A DNA stretch of 64,000 nucleotides from Podarcis melisellensis (lineage: Eukaryota). Below the pieces are notes generated by a model. That model had not been told where the DNA came from. It searched no databases and saw only the letters and a list, made by a program, of their open reading frames with translations. The DNA lies in the NCBI GenBank assembly GCA_964234715.1, contig OZ174282.1; one strand, 5' to 3'. Position 1 is the first letter of the stretch, and every line of letters begins with the position of its first letter. Made by a program: the position numbers and the translations under genes. This document shows positions 47,185 through 59,134 of this stretch, in pieces.

Positions 47185-50100
47185 TTTCAGGCACCCTGGA
47201 GTTGGTAATGTGTGACTGCTTAAATGTCAGGCATGGAAAAAGCTACGTCTGAGTTTAGAAATAACACAGAGAAAAGTAATATTACTTTCTGTAATGAAGA
47301 AAAGTGGAAAGCCTAAATGTTGCATAAATGCATTTTTAAGAACCTTATTTGGGAAAGTGACAAAGGGCTGCCCTCCTAGCAAAGATTATTATTATTAAAT
47401 AAACCTGCTCAAAGAGGCATTTCTCCAGCCTGCATCCAGCAGCAGCCCTGAGCCCCCAATGGTCTTTCTTGCCACACCCAGGACTGCTCTAAATATCCTT
47501 CTCCGCAAAGCTTTCAAGGATTTTCAAAACCACTGCAAAGCACATCCCAGGTTTCTTGGTCCTCTGCCATCCTCCTGAGGCAGATTAAGACACTCTGTAG
47601 CTTCTAAGTGCTAGTGAAACACTCATTTGCTAATTGAGATGGGATTCCTTGAAGATCAACCATTGTTTCACATGGTTAGAAAAGAAAAAGATGAGTACTT
47701 TTAATTATAGGCCTAGTCAAGGTTTTCCTATATGTTGTAGATAAATCTAGCTTGGAAAATACTCGGCCCTTTACAGAATTCTCCTACAAATGCATGAGTG
47801 AGCCTCGATTTGCTTCCTAAATATCCAGCTCATACAAATACGTATGATTCAAACGGCTGTGACATGGCTGTAAACAGAAATGAATTCCACTTTTCAAAGC
47901 CCTTGCAAGTGTGAGGCACAAGCAGATCCGAGTGACCTTGCACCACCCCCGCCTTAGCGCACGCGCTCCATTAACCCCCTGTCTGCTGAGAGCTGGAAGC
48001 AGAAATTAAGGACCCCACTGGGTGATTGATGCACTTCAGAGTAAAGCGCCATCACGGGCAGCCTCAAGGCAGACTCTCCTGACGAACAACATCACAAGAC
48101 CAGAGGACATGGTCTTGGGCTACTATGGTAAAACAGGAGCTCTTCCTTAGAATGTTTGGACTCTGAGAAATCTGTAACTGACTGATTCAGGAGGCCTAGT
48201 TTTTACATCTGGGAAATGGACAGCAAACCAAGCATCTCAGAGTTTCTCAGAGTACCTCATGTATTCCAGAGGTTAGGGATGGAGAAGGATTCTGGGGGGA
48301 AAGACTCATTACTGGGAAGGGTGGCAACAAAGAGGTGCTGTAGGGCCGGATTGTGCTCAAGTGCCTCCTGGCTATTCTGGGACAGAGCAAGCTCTCCTCA
48401 GTCAAGCTGATATGCTGCCTTGTGGCAAGTGTTTGGGATTAAAACTAACAAAGATGGCTGCAAAGCAAAGCTGTAGCTGGGCCTGTATCTTTACCCGGCT
48501 GACTGGGAGCAGAAGCAGCTGAAGGGAAGGAAATGCAGGCAGGCAAGAGGGAGTTAAGTAAATAATTTTTTTTCCTTTTCTTTGTCGATATGTTTAGTTC
48601 TCTTCCTGCCAAGACTCATTTCACTCTGCTATCTTGTGAGAGACACATATGGTGCAGTGAAATTGCCATCCGAGAAAGCATGCCCCAGCCTGTTGAGACA
48701 TCATCAAATAAGATTAAAGCAAAGCAAAAATAAAAAGATAGAACGATTCCCCCTCCCTTTTTTTTTCTTTTTTGCAGCAAACATCTGATGAAAGTCAGTA
48801 AGGTACTTGAATGCTTCTAAAGGTTTTGTGGCTATTTCTTTACTTTGCCTGGTTAACAAAAAAGGCAGAACAGGACTGGCCAATCTCCCCCTTTTACTTC
48901 TTCAAGTTAACAAAAAAGTGCTTAATAGTATTGCTTTCAATTCTCCTCTGATAAATAGCACTTAAATGCACCAAAAACAGCTCTATTGCTCTATCGCTCC
49001 CTTCCTTTCCCGCTTCTGTCTTGGAGTATAATATGAAAAGCCTTTGGGTGCCAGTGTGCCATCCTCCCTCTGCAAAAGACCGCACCAGTTTTTAAAGGCT
49101 TTTTTTAAAAGGCTATGGCTGTAATATCTGCTCTAGAAAAGAGAAATTGCCTTCCCCCTGGGAGCAGGCACATCATAACATGGAATCATAAAAAGCTGAG
49201 AAAAGCCACCCATTTCTCAGATGAGAAGATAAGAAATTTGTTTGGAATGCTTACATGTAGATCCATTTAATAGCCACTCCTCATTTGGTACCATTCTCAG
49301 GCCAAGGCATGAAAGGGAAAAGACTTGGATGTTTTCATGGCAAAAGAGACATTTCCTGTGGTCCCACTTCTTCCAAAATGGAAACCTGGTTTCTGGGCAC
49401 CTGAATTTCACTCACTTTGTCAGTCAATTACTTAAGGCTCTCCTTCTCTGGCTGGGCTGTTCCATGTTGAGAAGGCCTTCTTGAAATTGTTTTCATTCCT
49501 GTTTTTATTTATTGTGTTAAGGACAGTCCAAAGGAGAACAACAGTGAAGCCCACAGTCAGAACTGAAGCTGCCTCTGTAAGGGCGAATAGATGCATGTGG
49601 ATGGAGCAGATAAGAGCAGGCAGGCAGGAGATGCTGTAGTTGAGTCTGGAGGAACATGAGGGGCTGCCTTAGACCAAGTCAAACAAATAGGTTCATCCAA
49701 CTCCATGCTGTCTACACTGAAGGGCAGCAGCTCCCTAGGGGTCCAGAGCACCTCATAGGGATTTTAACTTGCTGCACCTGTAAGGTGTATAAAAATTTTC
49801 TATTTTTGTTTTATGGTTAATGTATATTAATAAGTAACAGCCCAGTGATGACAAGCAGGCCAGAAAAAACAAAACATTAAGACTGCTTAGCAGTGGCGAT
49901 GTCTGCCAAGTACCAAAGCCTTAGAGCCATCTCCACATTTTGATATATAACTTCCTTTAGAAATTTCCAATTTACTTATTTCCCTGCCTAAGGAATGCTT
50001 AGAGTATGAGCCCCCCTGCTGGCATGGGCCTTGGTACATGTGTACCCCCTTTACTTCCCTGTTGGCAACCCTGGCCTCCACCTTCTCGTGTGAACAGCAA

Positions 50101-51184
50101 ATGATGGAATAATTGTGACTATCAGAACTGAAACAACACAGGGGTACAGGTGCTCAGGTGCCAATTGCACACACAGAAAATTCAGATCGGAACAAACACA
50201 TCTAGAAGACAAAAAAAAAAACAAATTTCATGGAGCTTAGAGTCAATTGCTTCAATAGCCTTGAGCAAGAATTAGAGGAGAAACCCAAAGAAAGAAAAGA
50301 CAGAGGAATATCCCCATGGCCTAGACCCACGGAAATGTAACAGGGGCTCATGTGATATCATCACAACATTAACTTCTCTCCCTCCTGACCATGCCTGAAG
50401 TTGAGACTCAAAATACAAGTTATCTTCAGTTACTTCCAAGGGCCTATTGTGGAGCTCTCCACCGGTGAGACTTTTGCCTGCCTGCCATCCATTTTTCTGC
50501 CTTCCCCAGATATGTCCGAAAGCGGGGAGAATATGTGATTATTGTTCTCCAGAGAGGTGGAGGAAAGGTGTTTCAAAAAGTGACTTTATCCATATGTAAG
50601 CAGATGGTTTGTCTGGAGAGAATGCGAATGCAAACCTTACTCACTGGCGCATGCACACACAAACACACACATGCCCTTGGAGAGGCTGCTTCTTTTAAGT
50701 GGGCCCTTTTGCTTTCTGAATTGGTGGTGGTGATGTGTGTTACGTGTTGAAGAAAGCATGATGTACTCACACATCTCCTATTATGAATTACTGCACTTGA
50801 TAATTATAGTAGGAAAGTGATCATCTGAGCATAGAGTTAATTTCAAAAGCCTCCTGTCAAATGTAGTTGGCTGAAGAGAACATATTTCTCATTTCATGGG
50901 AAACCGACGATATAGCTCTTGTTGTTTCAGAATTTCATAGTTAATATCTTCAACTTCTCTCGGAAGAGTCTCGCGTTATTTCAATTGCAAATTGAGTGTG
51001 CGGGGTGGGGGGAGAGTGGGAAATAGGTTGTGGTGAAAATGTGTAAAAAGGAATAAAAGTTGTGCTGAACTTGAATGAAAGAAACCCTAAAACTACCCAT
51101 CTGTTTTTACAGTGATGTGATTATGGTAGAGCCAAGTCACAGCCACCTGGCTGCCCCATGCAATGGTTAGGATTTGGTTGTGGA

Positions 51185-51359
51185 CAGTGCTTTTTTCTGG
51201 GGGGGACACAGGGGTACACATACCCCTAAACATTTTATGAATCTTTGTACTTTTGTCCATTTAGTGTATTTATTTTTCCTGTTTTGAACTATAAAATGGT
51301 GATTTTCTTGAGTCAAAATGAGACTATCCCTAAACATTTTTTTCAGGAAAAAAACACTG
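51185..51359. mobile_element. Non-autonomous hAT-type MITE
   Basis: TIRs CAGTGCTTTTTTC / GAAAAAAACACTG; 8-bp TSD GTTGTGGA (51177-51184) / GTTGTAGA (51360-51367). Confidence 0.88.
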
Positions 51360-51558
51360 GTTGTAGATATTCCCACACTAAAAAGAAAACATGAATTTGC
51401 ACTGAATCTGAATTTTTGTTCGTTTTTTAATCTGAATCTAATTTTTTGGCTCAGTCCCAAACATTTGGGTTTTGTATCATGGACGCTTTGAATTTTAAGA
51501 TCCACAAATAGGTTTTTGTATTGAAAAGGCTGTTTGGTGCTTTCTCCTTAACTCTTAC

Positions 51559-51671
51559 GAGGCGGCCCTGTTTAGGAAAGTTTTTAATGTCTGATGCTGT
51601 ATTGTTTTTAATATTTGTTTGGAAGCCGCCCAGAGTGGCTGGGGAAACACAGCCAGATGGGCGGGGTATAA

Positions 51672-51721
<50 letters not shown>
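51559..51721 (+). mobile_element. L2-clade LINE 3' end with (TTA)n tail
   Basis: GGAAGCCGCCCAGAGTGGCTGGGGAAACACAGCCAGATGGGCGGGGTATAAAT stem-loop followed by (TTA)n; typical lizard L2 tail. Confidence 0.85.
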
Positions 51722-51722
<1 letters not shown>

Positions 51723-53157
51723 AACATCTCCCTAGGCAGAGCCTACAAAAGACTCATTTCACTGTGGATTTGGGATTACCTCCTCTCAGGCAAGGCAATC
51801 TCCTTCAGTGAAGTGGGGTGAAGGAGAAGGTTTGCTTGACAACAGCAAAGGATAAAATGTTTGGTGGAGGGTGGAGGCCAACGCAAAGGGGCCTGGGGGA
51901 AAATAGAGCTATCTAAAATATGAACCTGTTGTAGGCTAAATCCACCTAAATGTCACATGTACAAATCAGACCAATAGTACCTTTCAAGTGTTAACAGGGT
52001 GAGGGTGGGCAGGCAGGCAGGAGGGAATCTAACCCAGGTGGTTCTGTGGTTTGGGAACAGAGTTAGGGAGAATAAATGCTGCTGATTAAGTTCCAAAAAA
52101 TGGGGAGCGAAGCATAGCAAAAATATAAATCTATCACTATGGGCAGCAAATGGAAAGGGGTGCGTCAGAAGGGGGGGGGGGTAGCAGAAGCCGCCTGCCA
52201 CCAGGAAAAGGTGAAGGAGAAGAAGGGGGGTGGAGAAAGAAAGAAAGCCGACCTCTGGCGCAATAATGGGGTGCAAACGTCTAAATCTCTCACATTTTAT
52301 GGGCAACGTCTAATGCTTCTACCCCCTGCCATTATGACATTTCCACTGGCTCTGATCTTTATTTTCAGTTTTATTGCCCACTGAGTAACAGGTTTCTCCA
52401 AGAGTGAAAGAAAGAAAGCAGACTCCTCTAGGAAGCTGGGCAGTTGGAACTCAGGCAGCTCCCATCTCCGTCCTCTTGCTGGAGGGACAATTTCCCAGGC
52501 TCCATGTGGAACTCCAGCTAGGATCAGGCCCAAACAACCCTTGAGAGGGACAAGGCCAGGTCTTCAAGTACAGGTTGAAAGCAGGTGTGTATGTGTTGGG
52601 TGGGAGAGTGCTGTTTAAAGTCCCAGGGGGTGGGGGTTCAGATCCATACTTTCATCTCATGCCTTTCTGTCCCCAGTCCTGCTCTCTGGGAATTTTTCTC
52701 CCAGCGAGACCCACTTCCGGTATTTCAGCTGAGATGCAAAGGGCCATGGGGCCAAAGTGCTGTGAGCAGCAGAGAGGGCACTTTGAACCCCCTTTGAGAG
52801 AGGACAGAGCAGCGGGCCTCACTTCTATGCTGTTTGGCTCTCTGTGATACCTTTGCCCTTGCCCTGTGTCTGTGTATGCTACAAGGAAGCCAGAGTGGCT
52901 GAGGGGGGCACAATGCAGCCAATAAGAATAGCTCTCAGGACCCACTCATTTTAATCAGAGAAAGAAGTTCATGCACCTTCAGTGCATCACCATGTGTTTC
53001 TTGTACAAGCCACCATGTGATCCTGGGAGCCTTAAAGCAGTTATTCCTTCAGTCAGAGTTTGTGATGCAAATCTAAACCCTGAAACTGGCCAGAATGCTC
53101 ATCTGCATTACAAATGGCTGTCTTGTGCTTTCCTTTCTCTTTTTAAAGCACTATACA

Positions 53158-53220
53158 GAAGGAAGGAAGGAAGGAAGGAAGGAAGGAAGGAAGGAAGGAA
53201 GGAAGGAAGGAAGGAAGGAA
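53158..53220. repeat. (GGAA)n microsatellite
   Basis: About 15 perfect units. Confidence 0.98.
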
Positions 53221-53892
53221 GAAGCGAGCTTAAAAGTGATCTGAAATGCTCAAAAATGTGGAGAAAGAGTCAAGAATCTCTGTGGCCACAGCTGTCCCTC
53301 CTGCAGGAGGGACTAGGAGGAGCAACGGTGCAAAAGTTGCCTCACTGGAGAGACATCTGGATCCCATTAGCTTACAAACCAGAGCATCCGCAAACTTGTC
53401 AGCTGAAACCCACAACAAAGCCTGGGGAGGCGATTTGCCTTCTGACAGGAACCCGGCTGCTCTGTTTTACAAGGCAAATATTATCTGTTCTCATTTCCAG
53501 GGCGCCACATTATTAAAAGCTGGATGTAATCTAAGAAATTAAAAAGGGCTTGTTTCATTTGACATTTCATCTCTTGAATTCCCCAGAGAAAGAAAAGCCC
53601 AATATGTGCCTGGGTCTTGCTTGTCAAGAATTGTCTTTTCACTTGTGAATCTGTTCTCCTCTGACCTGCCTTGTCTGGCAGCCAATCGCAGCACAGGGAA
53701 ATGCACCTCCCTGTGCCTTGCGAGCCACACCCTCCCTGGGGCTGCAGCAGGAGGGAGCCTTTGCTCGCCACCCAAAGGGAAGAGGGTTTTCGTTTTGTTT
53801 TTACATAGAGGATATAGATTGCTTGCCTGCGAGGACACGCTGTGCAGTGGGCCAAATTCAAGCTAGAAATAGTTATGAGCATCCATAATTAC

Positions 53893-54008
53893 GCTTCTGG
53901 ATCAGGATGAGGCGCCTGCTTTCCAATGATGTACCTGGAAGATCACAAGCCTATTTGTCACCAGCATCTGGTATTCACAGATAGACTGTCTCTGGACACG
54001 GAAGACAG
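53893..54008 (-). mobile_element. Degraded CR1-type LINE 3' fragment
   Basis: CTGGATCAGG...CCAGCATCTGGTATTCACAG, as at 8265. Confidence 0.45.
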
Positions 54009-55952
54009 TCCACAAAAAGCTTATTATTGGCTGCACCCCATCGGATTGATTATTCCTGAACCCTGAACCAAACTGGCTTGTGTGCTATCTTGAAGTCCCA
54101 CAAGTCGGGGCAAGGCTCCCAGATTATGCACCCCTCCCAGTCCCTTGCAGCCTTGGAGTCCCACTGGGCACTCCTCTTGCACTTCTAACAGCTGCAATGG
54201 CACATGCCATGAACTGGATTTCTCCAACGAGGTACCCAGAGGAGCTTGCATGCCGGCCAGCCACCCAGGATGAGTGGAGGAGTGGCCTCGGGAGCATGCA
54301 GATGGGCAGGCTCCCAGCTACTCCAAGCCAGAGTGGAGAGGTGCAATTTTTGCGCCCCTCCTGGGCCTTGCTCTTGGCAGGGGCCAGCCTGACCAACCAC
54401 CAACCCCTGGCTGGGGGCTGACCCATACAACTCCCTTGGCCCCTTTCTTGAGACAATGAGACTGACCTACCCTACCTCCCCTTATTGTCTATTTGTGGTT
54501 TCAACAGCTGTCAAATGGCTTAAGGCGGCACATCGCTCTTGAGCACTGTTTTGGTTTATTTGCAAGGATGAGGGACGGGTTTTTATTCAAACCGGGGCGG
54601 ACTGTGAATGGTTCTCTACATAGTAAAGTCAACTTGGAAGAGCTTGACTGGGTAAAAAAAAAGGACTGAGGCTGTTTCCCTACTAAGGCATCCATGGGTA
54701 GCTGTTTTTGTCTCTGTACTTGTGTGTCTTAGTCCACACACTTTCAATTTTATTCCTCCAAAATCTGTATTGATGTTTCCCGTCCACAGGAGTGGGCGCC
54801 GCTTGATGAGATGTAGTCTTGCTGCTTTCTGCCCCCCCCCCATCCACCGTAAATTCCAGTAAGCTGAGGTCTGTTGTGGGCATGCATGCAAGTGTTTGTT
54901 TATCTATGCATGCAAACCTTTAAAAATAATAAATGGTTCAAAATAAAAGTTTTTCAGTCTACTAGATTTGCACAAAAGAAAAGTGAATAATAACAAAAAT
55001 ATTTGTGCTTCAGAAACCTGAGGTCCATTACGGGCAGGCAAGCAGGCATTTGTTTACCTGTGCATGCACACCTTTTTTTAAAAAATTAAAACCAGTTTTT
55101 TATATATACCAGATTATATATGTGTGTTAGAGAGAGAGAGATTCCAAGCCAGTCAAGGTTTTGGAATTGCTTACATGAAAGGCTGCTGCTTCCTTTCCTG
55201 CCTATTTCCCTTCTCACTTCCTGTACCTGCAAGGACACACTTTATTTTTATTTTGAATACAGCTGCCTTGTGCAAGAGCAATTTTGTGCAGAACTGCTTT
55301 TAAAATTGGCACACTGCAAATGTGGCTTCAGCAACGAACAGCGGAAAAAACCTTTTTGGCTGCTGGAAACAAAATGGAAATAGGAGTTGTGGCAGTAGAC
55401 GGCACCCAGTGAAACCCTGCCACACACAGGGGGAGGGGGATCATCCACACAATGCACTCCACAATCAGGTAACATGCAGTTTTATATTGGATTTTCTTCC
55501 TTTATCAGATCAAAAAAACAATGCATTTCATGGGGGCTGAGGAGAATGCCACAAAAAATAAACACACAAGTAGCTCCAAATCCACATTAAACTCCAGTGT
55601 GGATGAGCTGCAAGTTGTTTATATTGGCTGAGTCCTGCAGCTTGGGATTCAAAGTGGGTGAAACAACCAGCAAATGTTGGTCGGGGAAAAGGTCTCTCCT
55701 TTGGTTCTACGACCAAAATTCCCAGCTGAAACTCCTCTACAATGTAGCTATACAATGAGCATGTCAGAGGTTCATGCCACACTGAAGCAGCGGTGCAGGC
55801 GCCACTGTAACAAGTGGCCAAACCTTGGGGAGCAGCAGGGCGAGCCCTCCAAACTGAACCCCCAGAATCCAGAGGCTCAAGTCAGAAGGAAAAGCAAAAT
55901 GTCCACTCAAAGCCATCCAAATTGTGAAGTGAGGGTGGGGATTGTTCAGCCA

Positions 55953-56020
55953 AGAGAGGGAGGGAGGGAGAGAGGGAGGGAGGGAGGGAGGGAGGGAGGG
56001 AGGGAGGGAGGGAGAGAGGG
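55953..56020. repeat. (GGGA)n purine microsatellite
   Basis: Read directly. Confidence 0.97.
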
Positions 56021-56845
56021 CAATAGAGAGGCTCCTGTTTGACATTCCTGCAGGCCTATTTATTAGTGGTGAAATACAAACCATGTTATCAAGAATCTCG
56101 AGGAAATGGATTGATGTTAAGTGATACTTCAGAATCCACCCCCTAGCAAAGCTGCTACACCATTGCAGGCAGATAAGTGGAAAATCCTTCCTGCAGACGG
56201 CGGAGATGCTGTAAAGCCTTTGGATGCATTTCTGCGGCAAAATACCAAGCAGCCTTGGGTACCTTGGGGGGTTGGGGAGGAGACAAAGTACATGAAGACT
56301 GCAGAGGAATGTTACGAAATCAAGCTAATAATCTTGAAATGTCATAACATGGTGTTCAAAGTCACTCTCGATGTTATGAATCTCTGCCTTTTACGGAACA
56401 CTCATTGCTCTTGAATGGACCTCCTACAGAAGTGAGGGGTTCAAGAAGAATGATATTCGCTTGATTCATAATCCAGCGGCAACACAGGTGCAACCTAGAG
56501 CTCCTCCCTGGCATAAGCAGGTGATGTTTTTGGGTCCAAAAAGGAGGTCCATGAGCTTGCAACACAAAGAACCATTGGAGTTGCTAGGGTGGCCTTTGGC
56601 AAAACCACACCTGCATCATAGCCTTGGAGGTATCTGTTCTCTGCAGTGGGACCTCTGCTAACAGCGGCAACCTGGCTGGCCTAGGCCCCTTCTTTCGGCT
56701 GCCTTCCAGATAGTTGGGCTGCTGTTCATCCCCCCTGCTGAGAAGCCACCCCCCCATGTCACAGCCCTGATCCATGTGACACCTGGGAGGAAGCCCTGGA
56801 AACAGAGCTCCCCACAGTGGGCAGGAAGCACAAGCACCCCCAAGC

Positions 56846-57088
56846 CAGGGGTAGGCAGTCTAAGGCCCGGGGGCCGGATGCGGCCCAATCATCTTCTCAA
56901 TCTGGCCCACAGATGATCCAGGAATCAGTGTGTTTTTACATGAGTAGAATGTGTGCTTTTATTTAAAATGCATCTCTAGGTTATTTGTGGGGCCAGGAAT
57001 TTGTTCATATTTTTTTCAAAATATAGTCCACCACATGGTCAGAGGGATGGTGGACCGGCCCATGGCTGAAAAAGGTTGCTGACCCCTG
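56846..57088. mobile_element. Non-autonomous hAT-Charlie MITE (MER30-like ends)
   Basis: TIRs CAGGGGTAGGCA / TGCTGACCCCTG with subterminal GGCCC/GGGCC motifs; 8-bp TSD CCCCAAGC (56838-56845) / CCCTAAGC (57089-57096). Confidence 0.9.
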
Positions 57089-57979
57089 CCCTAAGCAAAC
57101 ACCCCACACCCCACCCCACAGTGTATGCAATTTTTATTTTTATTTTTGAAAAAATGTGCTGCTATAGGGAAGACCAGGGTCTCTGACACACACATGCAGG
57201 AATGTGCATCTATTGCTTTCCATATCAGGAAAACCATCTAAAAATTACTGTAAATGTAAATGGGAAAGGAGGGGGGGGGGAAAACCCAGGATGTGTTATG
57301 GTTTCCAAAAATCACACCCCTTTGGAAATCAGGAAAATGTGCCTGGAATCCTGAGAATCCCTGCCTGAAAAGTGGTGGTTTTTTGGTGGGTGGAGCTGGG
57401 AAGAGATAACTAAATTCCATTATGTTCCTTTCCTTCGAAAACCATGTATACAACTCAACTAACACGCATTAGAAACATCCCTCTCTGCCTTTGATCCTTT
57501 CTCATCCTGGCTGTGTGGAGCTCAGTCTTCCTTCGGTTGCTCCTTTGTGCCTTTGGAAGGGCCGTGGGGGGGGGGCGGCGGGAGTGGCTGCTCCACTGCT
57601 TAGCTGGGGAGGCTCAAAGCCTGGGCAGGACTGAGATGCAACAAATAGCTTGCACCGAAATCCATGTTCTCCCCCACCCAGACATTCAGCGGGGGGGGGG
57701 GGATTGAGGTGGGCTGAGGACAAACATCCCACCCCCACAATAAAAATAACGTTTCAAGCGGCTCATTCATTCAATGAAGATGCCATCTCACAGAAGAGCT
57801 CTGCTGATGGCGGATGGCTATTCATGGGAGCGTCCCCTGCTGGGGGGGGGAGCTCGTACACACCCTCCCCCGCTTCCCCCCACGCAGGCAACCAAGTGGC
57901 TTGCCTTTGCAAGGCCTGGGTCCTCGGCAGGATGCTTCCACTTTCAGACCTATCAAAGGAATCTCCGAACAAATTACAT

Positions 57980-58730
57980 GGTGAATTAGAGTCCCTGCTC
58001 TGCCTCCCCCCTCTCCCGCCGCCCGCTTCCCGTTCTGCACGGACAGCAGCCGCGGAGCACCCGGGAAATCCTGCCAGATAAGCAGATTACGGACGGGCAG
58101 GTGCCAAGAGGCGACTCTTGAATTTCACAGCCCAACTTCTGAGGCGAGATCAGTTCATCTCTCTCTAAGATGGGTCACAGGCGGACCAGGCTGTTTTAAT
58201 TAACGCGCCGATTTGCGAGCGGAACAAACCGCGGAGCAGCCCGCGCGCGCGCGGAGGAAGGCTCCTGCGCCTCTCCCTGCAACAGCCCGGGGGGGCGGCG
58301 TGGAGGGGGGGGGCGCGCTGCTGTGGGGCTTTTCACAGAAGCCTTCCCTGTGGGCTGCTTTCCGGCAGCTCATCGGGTTGCTGGCGATGACCTGAATAAC
58401 AAAGCCGGAGAGAAAGGACAAAACGCGGAAAACAAATTAGCATTTTTAAAATAAAAGGGGTGGGGGGAAAGAGCCTGGCTTTTAATCCTATTAAGATCGG
58501 GGTTCTTCCCTTTCTAGGTTCTCTGAAAGAGAGATCCTGATGCCTCTGCTATTACCATAAGTGCTGAAATCAGCGCTTTCTTTGACAGAAGTTGTTAATA
58601 TTTGGAAAGGGCCAGAATTCCAGCCCCGACTTTGATTGTTATTCCAGGCTCCCCTCGCCGGTGCCAAGGTCACCGGGAGATCCACCTGCGCGCCGCGCGC
58701 AGCCCAAGCGCCGGGCCGCAGCGCATGTAT
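57980..58730. promoter_or_regulatory. CpG island (promoter or orphan/enhancer island)
   Basis: Highest CpG density in the window, with cores at 58200-58430 and 58650-58730; (CG)6 at 58242-58253; TTAATTAA at 58196. Confidence 0.7.
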
Positions 58731-59087
58731 AATTGAACACCAGCCTCTCCAGGACCTCCCTGCATCCCGAAAATTATTTTATTACAATAACAAATTGGTT
58801 TCAAAATCATGCATTATGGATTCTGAAATTAGGTCTGCCAACGGAACCTGGAAACACAAACACGCACTTCAGCCACGGAAGGTCCCGAGGAAAAAAACCG
58901 CAAGATGGATGGGGGTGGGGAGGAGGAGGAGGAGGGGGCGCTGTGTGTGTGTGTGTCAGGACGAGAAGAACATTCATTCCGCCTGTAAACTCCTCGAACT
59001 CTTCTTTTATTACCCTTAATCGACAGAGTTAACAAGAACAAAGCACTCCTTGGGCACGAGAAGTGCGTAGGAATCCCATCGCACCTA

Positions 59088-59134
59088 TTCCTGCATTGCA
59101 GGGGGTTGGACTAGATGGCCCTTGGTTGACCCTT
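59088..59134 (+). mobile_element. CR1-type 3' tail fragment
   Basis: TTCCTGCATTGCAGGGGGTTGGACTAGATGGCCCTTGG. Confidence 0.75.

Noticed and set aside
48022-48056. Weak hairpin GTGATTGATGC...GCGCCATCAC
   Set aside because: Short and mismatched, with no miRNA I recognise.
52971-53516. 181-aa ORF with RKEG repeats
   Set aside because: The repeat is the translation of (GGAA)n.
58033-58051. RE1-like TTCTGCACGGACAGCAGCC
   Set aside because: The half-sites are about 3 nt too close and the left half is imperfect.
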